A stretch of DNA of 64,000 nucleotides from Bacteroidota bacterium (GTDB taxonomy: Bacteria > Bacteroidota > Bacteroidia > Bacteroidales > FEN-979), in NCBI GenBank assembly GCA_026391775.1, contig JAPLDK010000011.1, positions 77,066-141,065 on the forward strand, given 5' to 3'. Shown piece after piece: positions 1-9,761 of the stretch. The notes beneath the pieces were generated by a model. It ran no database searches, was not told the origin of the DNA, and saw nothing but the letters and a program-made list of their open reading frames with translations. Both the position numbers and the translations under genes were made by a program. The stretch's first letter is position 1. Each line of letters starts with the position of its first letter.

Positions 1-1
1 A

Positions 2-433
2 ATCGAACCGGTGATAACCCCGAAAGGGTTCTGGGACCCGAACATATTTCCGTTTGACTCAACCCACCGCTGGAATGTCGATAATTTCGGGCCGATCTGG
101 GTCCCTAAAGCAGGTATGACGGTTAAAATAAACAGTACAACCATCATGCTCTACAAAAGGATCATCGATGTATTTGAAGGGAATGACCTGCAAATACATG
201 ATGGGAAGATCTTTATAAATGGAAAGGAATCTGACTCTTATACATTCCGCATGAATTATTACTGGATGATGGGCGACAACCGACATAACTCGATGGACTC
301 CCGGTATTGGGGTTTCGTGCCCGAAGACCATGTTGTGGGAAAGGCATCATTCGTATGGCTCTCAATTGACCCGAATAAGTCCCTTTTCGACGGGAAAATC
401 CGTTGGAGCAAACTTTTTCATTTTGTAAAATAA
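2..433 (+). CDS. lepB: Signal peptidase I, C-terminal fragment (5' end upstream of window)
   Basis: Frame is open from the window edge. Translation contains the S26 peptidase box GDNRHNSMDSRYWGFVPEDHVVGKA. Confidence 0.85.
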   Translation: MEPVITPKGFWDPNIFPFDSTHRWNVDNFGPIWVPKAGMTVKINSTTIMLYKRIIDVFEGNDLQIHDGKIFINGKESDSYTFRMNYYWMMGDNRHNSMDSRYWGFVPEDHVVGKASFVWLSIDPNKSLFDGKIRWSKLFHFVK

Positions 434-457
434 ACTGTAAGAATTCAGTACTGGCTT

Positions 458-1141
458 ATGAATCTCTCCCGAATCCGTTTCATCTTCCTGCTGATCCCCA
501 CCATACTGCCGGGCCCGGTGAACGTTTATGCCGGGCAACCCTTCGAAGGAGTCATTACATTTAAAATCACCTACCCGGGCAATAAGCTTACCAAAAGCCA
601 ACTTACTTTGTTCCCAAAGGCACTTACCGTTATGATAAAAGGAGTAAGGTCAAGGAGCGATATTCTAACTGGCGGCGGAAGCCGGGTTGAGATAACCGAT
701 CACCAGGATAAAACAAAGATCAAACTGCTGAATATGATGGACCAGAAGTATGCTATTAAATATTCTGCAGAAGATATTGCCAAAGAAACGGCAAAAGAGC
801 CACCAGTCAACGTTGAACTGACCAATGAAACCAAAAATATTGCCGGCTATCCTTGTAAAAATGCTGTCATCACAGTAAACGATAAAAACGGGAAATACAC
901 CATAAACGTATACTACACTCCTGAACTCGGAGGGAAACAGGCAAATTTCGACAAAGGTATTTACAAGGACATTGATGGGGTTCTTATGGAATTTTCAATG
1001 AAAACTGCTGAAATGACAATGAGATTTACCGCCAATTCAGTTGAAAAGAAAGCGGTTTCTCTTAAAGAATTTGAGATCCCTCCGGATTATTCTATACTTT
1101 CAAAGGATGAATTGAAAAGCAAAATCGGGGGCAAGGAATAG
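458..1141 (+). CDS. Secreted hypothetical protein (possibly DUF4412-like)
   Basis: 227-aa ORF with an N-terminal hydrophobic signal-like segment (RFIFLLIPTILPGPVNVYA). No catalytic motif recognised. Confidence 0.55.
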   Translation: MNLSRIRFIFLLIPTILPGPVNVYAGQPFEGVITFKITYPGNKLTKSQLTLFPKALTVMIKGVRSRSDILTGGGSRVEITDHQDKTKIKLLNMMDQKYAIKYSAEDIAKETAKEPPVNVELTNETKNIAGYPCKNAVITVNDKNGKYTINVYYTPELGGKQANFDKGIYKDIDGVLMEFSMKTAEMTMRFTANSVEKKAVSLKEFEIPPDYSILSKDELKSKIGGKE

Positions 1142-1146
1142 AAGCA

Positions 1147-3675
1147 ATGGCAAAGCAATACAATCCTTTAAAAGCGAATACATTCCGGGAGGAAGCCGAT
1201 TCCAACCAGGAATTGTCTCAGCCTGACCAGGAAGAAAACCCCAAATCAAAAAAGATCAGGAAGGAGAAACCTAAAAAGGAGAAACCTGCAAAAAAAGAAA
1301 AACCGCCTAAAAAGAAAAAAGAGCTTACCAAAGAGCAGATTGAAAAGAGGGAAAGAAGGCTCAGGGTCTGGGGCCTTGCTTTTGTTCTGCTGGGGATTTA
1401 CCTGCTTTTATCGTTTACTTCCTATTTGCAAACCTGGAAAACAGATTACAGTTATACCGATACAGTTTTTAAACATTTTTCAATTGAGGCTTTCCGTGCC
1501 GGGGACGTGAAATGTGAAAACTGGATGGGTAGAATAGGTGCTCTCGTTTCTTACATGTTCATTTCCAATTGGTTCGGGGTCGCCTCCTTCCTTTTTGCTT
1601 TCATCCTTCTGATCTGGGGTACCAGGTGGCTGATCAGATTTACTATTCTGCAGCCATGGAAAGCCATGGAATATTGTTTCTTTGGCATTATCTGGCTACC
1701 TGTATTTCTTGGGCTTGTGCTTCCCCCCGACCGCGTTGCCACAGGAGTTATATTTACTGGGGTTTACGGATTCCAGATGAACCTGTGGCTGACGGATTTT
1801 CTTGGGACTTCCGGTCTGGGAATAATACTTGCATTTACATTCCTCAGCTTAATGATCCTTTCGTTTAATTTTCCATTCCGCTGGATGAAAACCGGGAAGC
1901 ATAAGGATGAGTATCTTGAAAATATGACTGCGGATGTGGCAGTCCCTGAACCTGGAGCGGTGCAAGATGAACAGGCTGATGTCCCCAACACAAACCTGTT
2001 CAAAGATGAGCCTGCAGAAGAAATACAACAGATTGATCTGGGTGGTCCCTCAGAGGATTTACCTGCCGAACCATCTCCTGCAGGTATTGAGCTTCAGATC
2101 GAGAGGCATGAAGACGAGGCGCATGGAGAGATTAAAGGCCCTATTCCCCGCCAGGGCTTAGATACTTTATATGACCCAACACTTGATCTCCCAAGTTATA
2201 AATTTCCGACACTGGACCTGCTTAGCGATTATGGGGGAGAATCCATCGCAGTCAGGAAAGAAGAACTTGAAGCCAACAAGGACAAAATCGTTCAAACCCT
2301 TTCGCATTATGATATCAAGATCTCCAAGATCAAGGCAACTATAGGCCCGGCAGTTACTCTGTACGAAATTGTTCCTGAAGCCGGAATACGTATTTCCAGG
2401 ATTAAAAATCTGGAGGATGACATTGCCTTAAGCCTTTCGGCATTAGGCATCCGTATCATTGCTCCCATCCCCGGCAAGGGTACCATCGGAATCGAAGTTC
2501 CTAATCAGAACCCTGAGATCGTTTCAATCAAATCATTACTGGGTTCCGAGAAATTTAAAAATACATCGTTTGAACTACCCTTCGTCCTGGGAAAAACAGT
2601 GTCGAATGAGACATTCATAGCCGACCTTGCCAAGATGCCACACCTCCTGATGGCAGGGGCAACCGGACAAGGGAAATCGGTCGGCCTGAACACCATCATC
2701 ACATCGCTTTTGTATAAAAAGCATCCTTCACAGATAAAGTTTGTGATGATAGACCCGAAAAAAGTTGAATTAACGCTGTTTTCAAGGATTGAACGGCATT
2801 TTCTGGCAAAGTTGCCCGACAGCGAGGAAGCCATTATTACCGATACCAAGAAAGTCATCCGTACCCTGAATTCACTAAATATTGAAATGGACAGCAGATA
2901 CGACCTGCTCCGGGATGCACAGGTCAGGAACATCAGGGAATACAATGAGAAATTCTTCAACCGTAAACTGACTCCAACCGAAGGCCACAGGTTTCTGCCT
3001 TATATAGTGCTGGTAATTGACGAGTTTGCCGACCTTATCATGACTGCCGGCAGGGAGATAGAAACCCCGCTCACGCGACTCGCCCAGCTGGCCCGTGCCA
3101 CGGGGATCCATTTGATAATTGCTACACAAAGGCCCTCTGTGAATATCATCACGGGAACAATTAAAGCAAACTTCCCGGCCAGGATCGCATTCAGGGTAAT
3201 TTCCAAAATAGATTCACGTACCATTCTTGACTCTTCAGGTGCCGACCAGCTGATCGGCCGGGGAGACATGCTCCTGTCAACCGGCAGCGACCTGATCAGG
3301 CTGCAATGCGCCTTTGTGGACACACCCGAGATCGAAAGATTGACCGATTTTATAGGATCCCAGAGAGGCTATCCTCAAGCATTCTCATTACCGGAATATT
3401 ACGATGAAGAAACCGGATCGGGCAAGGACTTTGATCCCAACGAAAGGGATGAGTTCTTTACAGAAGCTGCCAGGCTGGTCGTCCAGCACCAGCACGGCTC
3501 CACTTCACTTTTGCAGCGTAAGCTTAAGCTCGGTTATAACAGGGCGGGACGCATCATTGACCAGCTCGAAGCTGCAGGGATCGTGGGCCCGTTTGAAGGC
3601 AGCAAGGCAAGGGAAGTGAGGTTCAAAGATTCATCTGCCCTTGAGTCCTACCTCCGGGAAATGGGAAGTCAATAG
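1147..3675 (+). CDS. ftsK: DNA translocase FtsK/SpoIIIE
   Basis: 842 aa with a Lys-rich N-terminus and TM segments. Walker A is GATGQGKS in LLMAGATGQGKSVGLN, followed by IVLVIDEFADL, ATQRPS and a C-terminal gamma/winged-helix segment (LLQRKLKLGYNRAGRIIDQLE). Confidence 0.95.
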   Translation: MAKQYNPLKANTFREEADSNQELSQPDQEENPKSKKIRKEKPKKEKPAKKEKPPKKKKELTKEQIEKRERRLRVWGLAFVLLGIYLLLSFTSYLQTWKTDYSYTDTVFKHFSIEAFRAGDVKCENWMGRIGALVSYMFISNWFGVASFLFAFILLIWGTRWLIRFTILQPWKAMEYCFFGIIWLPVFLGLVLPPDRVATGVIFTGVYGFQMNLWLTDFLGTSGLGIILAFTFLSLMILSFNFPFRWMKTGKHKDEYLENMTADVAVPEPGAVQDEQADVPNTNLFKDEPAEEIQQIDLGGPSEDLPAEPSPAGIELQIERHEDEAHGEIKGPIPRQGLDTLYDPTLDLPSYKFPTLDLLSDYGGESIAVRKEELEANKDKIVQTLSHYDIKISKIKATIGPAVTLYEIVPEAGIRISRIKNLEDDIALSLSALGIRIIAPIPGKGTIGIEVPNQNPEIVSIKSLLGSEKFKNTSFELPFVLGKTVSNETFIADLAKMPHLLMAGATGQGKSVGLNTIITSLLYKKHPSQIKFVMIDPKKVELTLFSRIERHFLAKLPDSEEAIITDTKKVIRTLNSLNIEMDSRYDLLRDAQVRNIREYNEKFFNRKLTPTEGHRFLPYIVLVIDEFADLIMTAGREIETPLTRLAQLARATGIHLIIATQRPSVNIITGTIKANFPARIAFRVISKIDSRTILDSSGADQLIGRGDMLLSTGSDLIRLQCAFVDTPEIERLTDFIGSQRGYPQAFSLPEYYDEETGSGKDFDPNERDEFFTEAARLVVQHQHGSTSLLQRKLKLGYNRAGRIIDQLEAAGIVGPFEGSKAREVRFKDSSALESYLREMGSQ

Positions 3676-3702
3676 ACCAAAAAGAAAATTAAATCAGGAA
3701 AA

Positions 3703-4335
3703 ATGAAGAAGCTCATCATTTTATTTCTCTCACTGGCTTTTGTGAGTGCATACAGCCAGAAAGACCAGAAAGCGACCGAACTCCTTGACCAGGTAAGCGC
3801 CAAAACAAAAGCATACAAATCGATCAAAGCAGATTTTTCATATAAGATGGAAAACGCCAAAGCCAGGATCAACGAGGAAAAACAGGGCACCCTCCTGCTT
3901 AGCGGAGACAAGTACAGGATGCAGGCCAGCGGCCAGACAGTGATCTGTGACGGGAAAACGATATGGACGTACATGCCGGAATCCAATGAAGTTCAGGTCA
4001 ATTCGCTCGACAATAAAGATGAAGCACTGACCCCATCCAAACTGTTATCGAACTACAATACCAATTTCAAATCAAAAATACTGCCCGATAAAAGTTCCGA
4101 CCCCAATACAGTTAAGGTCGAATTGTTGCCGAATACCATTAAGAATTACAATCGGGCAGTGCTGGCCGTTGACAAGTTGAAGATGCAAGTCAAATCCTTT
4201 GTTATCTATGATAAAAGCGGAAATATCTTCACATACACTATCACCCGTTTCCAGACTGATCTTCCTGTGAATGTCACGGATTTTAATTTTGACCCTAAAA
4301 AATTTCCGGGAGTTGAAGTCATAGATATGCGATAA
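3703..4335 (+). CDS. lolA: Outer-membrane lipoprotein carrier protein LolA family
   Basis: 210 aa with a signal peptide. Length and sequence pattern (FSYKMEN...LLLSGDKYRM...DGKTIWTY) fit LolA-like proteins, and position after ftsK is typical. Confidence 0.75.
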   Translation: MKKLIILFLSLAFVSAYSQKDQKATELLDQVSAKTKAYKSIKADFSYKMENAKARINEEKQGTLLLSGDKYRMQASGQTVICDGKTIWTYMPESNEVQVNSLDNKDEALTPSKLLSNYNTNFKSKILPDKSSDPNTVKVELLPNTIKNYNRAVLAVDKLKMQVKSFVIYDKSGNIFTYTITRFQTDLPVNVTDFNFDPKKFPGVEVIDMR

Positions 4336-4336
4336 T

Positions 4337-5167
4337 ATGGTTTTCCCACTGACAAACGGAATCTCCAGCTTATGCGAACTGGCAAGAGCAATACGGCAAT
4401 CCGTTGTCAGAAGCCTTGCTGAATCAGGTTCCGGTCATCTTGGAGGATCTATGAGTTCGGCCGACATCCTTACCACTTTGTATTTTTCTGTAATGCGGCA
4501 TAAACCCGGAGAGCCATCATGGTCCGAACGCGACAGATTCATACTTTCCATCGGGCATATTGCACCCCTTTTATATGCCACCCTGGCAGAAGCCGGGTAT
4601 TTCCCAAAAGAAGAACTGTTAAGCCTCAGGAAAATGGGCAGCAGGCTGCAGGGGCATCCGGGCAGGGACCATCATCTTCCCGGACTGGAGCTTTCGGCCG
4701 GTTCTCTCGGCCAGGGGCTTTCCGTTGCAGTAGGAATGGCTATTGCAGCCAAAATGGATGGGCATGACAACTGCATTTTTTGCCTTAATGGTGATGGGGA
4801 ATTGCAGGAAGGTTCCATTTGGGAAGCAGCAATGTCGGCAGCACATTACAAACTCAATAATCTCGTCATGATCATCGACAGGAACGGTCTGCAGATCGAC
4901 GGCAGCACCGAAAAGGTGATGGGACTTGAACCCCTTAAAAAGAAATGGGAGGCTTTCGGATGGGATACACTTGAATGTGACGGTCATGATTTCAGGTCCC
5001 TTCTGAGCGCATTTCAAAAGGCTAAAATTGAACAGACAAGGCCTTCGGTCATCATCGCAAAAACTATTATGGGCAAAGGTATAGCAAGTATTGAAGGAGA
5101 CTATCGCTGGCATGGGAAAGCGCCCTCGAGGGAGCAGGCGACAGAATTTATCAATGAATTATCGTGA
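4337..5167 (+). CDS. Transketolase, N-terminal (TPP-binding) subunit
   Basis: GSGHLGGSMSSADILTTLYF plus the TPP motif GDGELQEGSIWEA. It is the first gene of the split-transketolase pair. Confidence 0.9.
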   Translation: MVFPLTNGISSLCELARAIRQSVVRSLAESGSGHLGGSMSSADILTTLYFSVMRHKPGEPSWSERDRFILSIGHIAPLLYATLAEAGYFPKEELLSLRKMGSRLQGHPGRDHHLPGLELSAGSLGQGLSVAVGMAIAAKMDGHDNCIFCLNGDGELQEGSIWEAAMSAAHYKLNNLVMIIDRNGLQIDGSTEKVMGLEPLKKKWEAFGWDTLECDGHDFRSLLSAFQKAKIEQTRPSVIIAKTIMGKGIASIEGDYRWHGKAPSREQATEFINELS

Positions 5168-5194
5168 ATAATTTGAATAGATGAAAAATGATCA

Positions 5195-6184
5195 TTGAAT
5201 ATTCGAAATTCGCTTGTTAATATGGGAACCAGGGTTATCAACAGGGGCAACAAGGCTGCCAGGGCGGGGTTTGGCGAGGGTTTGCTGGAGGCAGGAGGCG
5301 CGAACAGCAGGGTTGTGGCTATTGGTGCAGATATTACTGCCTCTGTTTGTGTTGACCTTTTTGCCTCAAAGTTCCCACAGCGCTTCATTTCGCTGGGAAT
5401 AGCGGAGCAAAACTGTGTTGGCGTGGCGGCGGGTCTCGCATTATCAGGCAAGATCCCGGTATTTGCAACTTACAGTGTTTTCTCGGCCTTACGTACCACC
5501 GACCAGATCAGGGTCTCACTTTGCTATAACAATCTTCATGTGGTCATAGGCGGAGCCCACGCCGGCGTTTCTGTTGGTCCGGACGGTGCAACTCACCAGG
5601 CACTTGAAGATATTGCCATAATGCGTGTTTTGCCTAATATGTGCGTTCTATCTCCCTGCGATGCAACCCAAGCCAGGCTTGCGGTTATTGCGGCCATCGA
5701 GCTTTGCAAAGGGCCTGTATATTTGAGGTTCGGAAGGGAGGCAATGCCTGATTTCACTTCTCATGATCAGGAGTTCATCTTTGGCAAAGCGCAAATCATG
5801 CATGCCGGCAATGACCTGGCAATAATCGCCACCGGGCATTTGACCTGGGAAGCCCTGCAGGCTGCCTATCAGCTTGAAAAGGAAGGCATTTCTGCGAGGG
5901 TCATCAATATACATACTATAAAACCCCTTGATGAAGCCGCTGTCATACTTGCAGCAAAGGAATGCGGGGCCATTGTCACAGCCGAAGAACACCAGGTTTC
6001 CGGCGGACTGGGATCAGCCGTATCAGAAGTCATAAGCAAGAATTATCCTGTGCCGATGGAGTTCGTTGGGATGAATGACCGTTTCGGGGAATCAGGAACT
6101 CCGCTGGAACTCATGCAGAAATTCGGGCTCAATGCAGGCAATATACATAGAAAGTGCAGGGAAGTGTTGATCCGCAATCAATAA
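5195..6184 (+). CDS. Transketolase, C-terminal (pyrimidine-binding) subunit
   Basis: FISLGIAEQNCVGVAAGLA and GPDGATHQALEDIAIMR motifs. Start could instead be the internal ATG at 5222. Confidence 0.9.
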   Translation: MNIRNSLVNMGTRVINRGNKAARAGFGEGLLEAGGANSRVVAIGADITASVCVDLFASKFPQRFISLGIAEQNCVGVAAGLALSGKIPVFATYSVFSALRTTDQIRVSLCYNNLHVVIGGAHAGVSVGPDGATHQALEDIAIMRVLPNMCVLSPCDATQARLAVIAAIELCKGPVYLRFGREAMPDFTSHDQEFIFGKAQIMHAGNDLAIIATGHLTWEALQAAYQLEKEGISARVINIHTIKPLDEAAVILAAKECGAIVTAEEHQVSGGLGSAVSEVISKNYPVPMEFVGMNDRFGESGTPLELMQKFGLNAGNIHRKCREVLIRNQ

Positions 6185-6236
6185 AAAACCAACCTGGCCG
6201 GAATTCAGATCAGTTATTTGTGTCAATAAGGGTATT

Positions 6237-6989
6237 TCACCCTGTTATTTCCTCCGGGTAATTCACATGGTGCAGGAACAACCCGCAAGCAGGCACCGAA
6301 TCCCCTGCATCGGAACGGTTCTTCGCTTCAATCACAAGTTTGAGGTCCCTCAGGCTCATTTTATCTGTTCCCAAATCGAGAAGGGTCCCTACAATTGCCC
6401 TCACCATATTCCTCAGGAACCTGTCGGCCGAAATTGTGAACACAAGCAAGTTCCCACTTCTCTCCCACCCGGCATGGCTGATTTTGCAGATTTTTGTTTT
6501 GGTATCGGAATCAACCTTGGAGAACGAAGTGAAATCGGAATATTTCATGATGAGTTCAGCGCCCCGGTTCATTATATCGATATCGATAGGGCCGTAATGA
6601 TAGAATGATTGATTGACCAGAAAGGGGTCCTTAACAAGGGTAATATGATATTGATATGTGCGAAGAGTTGCGCTGAACCGGGCATGGGCATCAGGTCTTA
6701 CACGAAAAATCTGTCGAATGGCAATATCTTTTCCAAGGTAGGAATTCAGTTTAAAAACCAGTTTGTCCGCCTGAATCCGGGTTAAGTCTTTTTCAAGGTC
6801 CATATGTGCAAAATACTCCCGGGCATGCACACCGGTATCAGTCCGTCCGCAGCCGGCAAGACTTACATTTTCCTTCAGCATCATGCTTAAAGCATCTGAA
6901 ATTACTTTCTGTATGCTGATGGCATTCTTCTGGGCCTGCCATCCATGGTAGCTGGTTCCGTCGTAGGATAATCTGATAAAGTATCTCAT
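6237..6989 (-). CDS. truA: tRNA pseudouridine(38-40) synthase TruA
   Basis: MRYFIRLSYDGTSYHGWQ.Q N-terminus and catalytic-Asp motif GCGRTDTGVHA. Confidence 0.92.
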   Translation of the reverse strand: MRYFIRLSYDGTSYHGWQAQKNAISIQKVISDALSMMLKENVSLAGCGRTDTGVHAREYFAHMDLEKDLTRIQADKLVFKLNSYLGKDIAIRQIFRVRPDAHARFSATLRTYQYHITLVKDPFLVNQSFYHYGPIDIDIMNRGAELIMKYSDFTSFSKVDSDTKTKICKISHAGWERSGNLLVFTISADRFLRNMVRAIVGTLLDLGTDKMSLRDLKLVIEAKNRSDAGDSVPACGLFLHHVNYPEEITG

Positions 6990-7111
6990 CGGTTTTAATA
7001 CTCACCAAAGGTAATTTGTTACTTCAAATATAATGAAGATTATAGTAATATGATAATTATACATAATTTATCTGTTTTTTCACTTAAATTTGTTATTTGA
7101 TAAACAGTACA

Positions 7112-7828
7112 ATGGGGCCCAGGAAAGATAAAGAAACCCAATGTGAACTCTGCCATCAGGCTTATCATAAATTTTTCATATGCCTCGACAGGGCCGACAT
7201 GCAATATCTTAACTCAGAAAGAGAGGTAAGGCTGTACCGTAAAGGGCAATATATTTTCGAAGAAGGTCATAAAACACATGGCATTTTCTGTATAAAAGAA
7301 GGACAGGTCAAACTCTATAAAAACGGTTTTGACGGGAGGGAACATATCACAAGAATAGCGTTCCCTGGTGATTTTATAGGAATGAGAGCGTTGTTAAGCG
7401 GACGTGATTATTCTGTGAATGCCACTGCAATGGAGGATACGACTGCTTGTTTTATCTCAAAGGCGGATTTTTTTCAACTGATGATAAAATATCCCGATTT
7501 TTCAAGGAGATTAATGGTCGTCCTCACTCAACTCCTTGCTGAAGCAGAGGCCCGGCTGATAAGTATCGCCCATCGTCCCTTAAAGGAACGTCTTGCCGAA
7601 TCCCTCCTTTTTTTGCATAATTCATTTCATAACACATCCCCTTCATTTCCAATACCTTACCTTAATTTGACAAGAACCGACCTGGCGAATATCATAGGAA
7701 CAACACCTGAAACAGTCATACGCATGTTATCCGCCCTTAAAGAAGAAAGAGTTATCAGTATCAAAGGCAGGAAGATCTATATTCTTGACCGCCCCAGGCT
7801 TGAATTTATTGCAAACGCGAAGTATTAA
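7112..7828 (+). CDS. Crp/Fnr-family transcription factor with an FNR-like cysteine set
   Basis: cNMP-binding beta-roll and a C-terminal HTH (LTRTDLANIIGTTPETVIRMLS). N-terminal CELCHQAYHKFFIC plus a Cys in AMEDTTACFISKADF, which aligns with E. coli FNR ALETSMVCEIPFETL. ATG at 7112 preferred over the TTG at 7097. Confidence 0.85.
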   Translation: MGPRKDKETQCELCHQAYHKFFICLDRADMQYLNSEREVRLYRKGQYIFEEGHKTHGIFCIKEGQVKLYKNGFDGREHITRIAFPGDFIGMRALLSGRDYSVNATAMEDTTACFISKADFFQLMIKYPDFSRRLMVVLTQLLAEAEARLISIAHRPLKERLAESLLFLHNSFHNTSPSFPIPYLNLTRTDLANIIGTTPETVIRMLSALKEERVISIKGRKIYILDRPRLEFIANAKY

Positions 7829-7879
7829 ACTTATGCGCTTTCCTTCATAAGTTAATATATTTTAAACATCCTGAAAAAC

Positions 7880-7893
7880 ATGATATAAATCAT
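7880..7893. promoter_or_regulatory. FNR/CRP-type inverted repeat ATGAT-N4-ATCAT
   Basis: ATGATATAAATCAT matches the core of the FNR consensus TTGAT-N4-ATCAA. It is centred about 42 nt upstream of the transcription start predicted from the -7-like element TTCATTTG at 7916-7923. Confidence 0.45.
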
Positions 7894-7920
7894 TTTTTTA
7901 CCGGTAATCTTTTACTTCAT

Positions 7921-7938
7921 TTGTTAACAAATTAACAA
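7921..7938. promoter_or_regulatory. Rex operator (perfect match to TTGTTAA-N4-TTAACAA)
   Basis: TTGTTAACAAATTAACAA lies 5 nt upstream of the hdrA-like start codon. A rex gene is present in the same window. Confidence 0.7.
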
Positions 7939-7942
7939 ATAG

Positions 7943-9748
7943 ATGAGAAGCAAAGAGATCACCGGTTTGTTCTTTTACAACCATTCGGGTTTGTATCCGG
8001 ACCCCATCGATTATTCAGAGTTAATCAGGTATTCATATTTATTTGAAAACGTAGCCAAAGCCTATACCTACTCTGATTTCATCTGGAATGAGAAAAACAT
8101 TCTGAAGAAAATCGAGGAGAATAATTTTAAGCGAATCATTATTGCAGGCTTGATTCCAGGGACCGTCAAGGCATTGTTTTCCAAAGCCATGGCGCTTGCA
8201 GGCAAAGATCCGGAGAAAGTCCTTCTTGCAAGTTTCAACGATTACTGTACAGGTACTTTATTCAATCCGGAGCGGCTTAAAATCGTTCTTGCTTCGATCA
8301 TATCAGGTATCCCTTATGAATTCACCGGGATTCCGGATGAACTGCCGGTTAATAATGCAACTCTTGTAGTAGGAGGAGGAATTTCAGGGATACAGGCTGC
8401 CCTGGAAATTGCTTACAGCAACAACCTGGTATACCTGGTGGAAAAAAGCGGTACCATAGGGGGGAAAATGGCCACATTTGACAAAACCTTCCCGACCCTT
8501 GACTGTGCTGCCTGTATACTTACTCCAAAAATGGTAGAGGTAAACCAGCATCCGAACATACGGCTGATGAGCTATTCCGAGATTATTGAAGTTACCGGCA
8601 GACCCGGAAATTTTAATGTCAAAGTGTTAAAAAAAGCCCGGAAGGTAAATGTGCAAACCTGTATCGGATGCGGAACCTGTGCCGAAAAGTGTCCTGCCCA
8701 GGCCCCAAGCGAGTTTGATGCCGGCACCTGCATGAGAAAAGCAATCTATATCCCTTTTCCACAGGCTGTTCCAAACAAATACCTTGTAGATGCGGAAAAC
8801 TGCATTTATCTGAAAAACGGAAAATGCAAAGCCTGTGTGAAAGCCTGTCCTGTCCCCGGCTGCATAGACCTGGATGAACAAGACTCTGAAGTCATTATTA
8901 ATGTCGGAAATATTATTATTGCCACCGGGTATAAGCCTTTCGATGCAGGGCGGATGACACAGTTCGGGTATGGGCAGTTCCCGAATGTCCTAAATTCGCT
9001 GGAGTTTGAAAGACTACTGAATGCTTCCGGCCCAACCAGCGGCAATATCCATTTCAGGAGTCAGGATAAAAAAGGGAATTGGATATTTAATACATCAACC
9101 GGAAAGCCGGAAAAGATCGCAATTATTCATTGTGTAGGCAGCCGTGACAAGAATTTCAATAAATATTGCTCGAGGGTGTGTTGTATGTACTCCCTGAAAT
9201 TCGCCCATCTGATCATGGAGAAACTTCCCGAAGCTGAAATTTTCGAATACTTTATCGACATGCGTTCCTTTGGTAAAGGTTATGAAGAGTTCTATGAGAG
9301 AATAAAGCAGGAGGATGTGTCTATTATCAGGGGTAAAACTGCAAAGGTCGAGCAGCATGGAGAAAAATTGTTTCTTAGGGGAGAAGACATCCTTAAAGGT
9401 GAGATCCTTGAAAACCTTGTGGACATGGTTATTTTATCGGTTGGCCTTGAATCAGGTGAGGATGCAGGGAAGATCAGTGAAATGCTGAACATTGCCACGA
9501 ATACTGACGGATGGTTTGAAGAGGCGCATTACAATCTTGACCCCACAGGAACCTGCCGCGGGGGCATCTTTCTGGCCGGCACATGCCAGGGGCCAAAAGA
9601 CATACCCGATTGTGTAGCCCAGGGATCTGCTGCTGCCGCCAGGGTTATTCAAAGCATTCTGAAAGGCAGGATACGCGACGATTCGATGTCGGTATCACTT
9701 GAACATGTGGAACGCAAAATAGAAGAATTATCTACTGTACCAATTTAA
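7943..9748 (+). CDS. HdrA/QmoA-type FAD and FeS flavoprotein, paralog 1
   Basis: FAD fold VVGGGISGIQAALEIA, HdrA hallmark HCVGSRDKNFNKYCSRVCCMYSLKF, and inserted ferredoxin motifs CIGCGTCAEKCP and CKACVKACP. Confidence 0.88.
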   Translation: MRSKEITGLFFYNHSGLYPDPIDYSELIRYSYLFENVAKAYTYSDFIWNEKNILKKIEENNFKRIIIAGLIPGTVKALFSKAMALAGKDPEKVLLASFNDYCTGTLFNPERLKIVLASIISGIPYEFTGIPDELPVNNATLVVGGGISGIQAALEIAYSNNLVYLVEKSGTIGGKMATFDKTFPTLDCAACILTPKMVEVNQHPNIRLMSYSEIIEVTGRPGNFNVKVLKKARKVNVQTCIGCGTCAEKCPAQAPSEFDAGTCMRKAIYIPFPQAVPNKYLVDAENCIYLKNGKCKACVKACPVPGCIDLDEQDSEVIINVGNIIIATGYKPFDAGRMTQFGYGQFPNVLNSLEFERLLNASGPTSGNIHFRSQDKKGNWIFNTSTGKPEKIAIIHCVGSRDKNFNKYCSRVCCMYSLKFAHLIMEKLPEAEIFEYFIDMRSFGKGYEEFYERIKQEDVSIIRGKTAKVEQHGEKLFLRGEDILKGEILENLVDMVILSVGLESGEDAGKISEMLNIATNTDGWFEEAHYNLDPTGTCRGGIFLAGTCQGPKDIPDCVAQGSAAAARVIQSILKGRIRDDSMSVSLEHVERKIEELSTVPI

Positions 9749-9761
9749 AACCAAGTATACC

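Noticed and set aside
7090-7107. Rex-box-like sequence TTGTTATTTGATAAACAG upstream of the FNR-like regulator gene
   Set aside because: The right half-site (TAAACAG) has two mismatches to TTAACAA, and the element overlaps the alternative TTG start. It is too degenerate to call without a scoring matrix.
7097-7111. TTG- or GTG-extended (or upstream-ATG) starts reported by the ORF track: 7097, 20368, 30204, 39623, 40200, 52036 and 62545
   Set aside because: In each case a downstream ATG gives a protein that starts where homologous families start. The alternatives are worse: at 52036 the extension falls within a promoter motif, at 40200 it overlaps the preceding gene, and at 39623 it adds a non-homologous leader.
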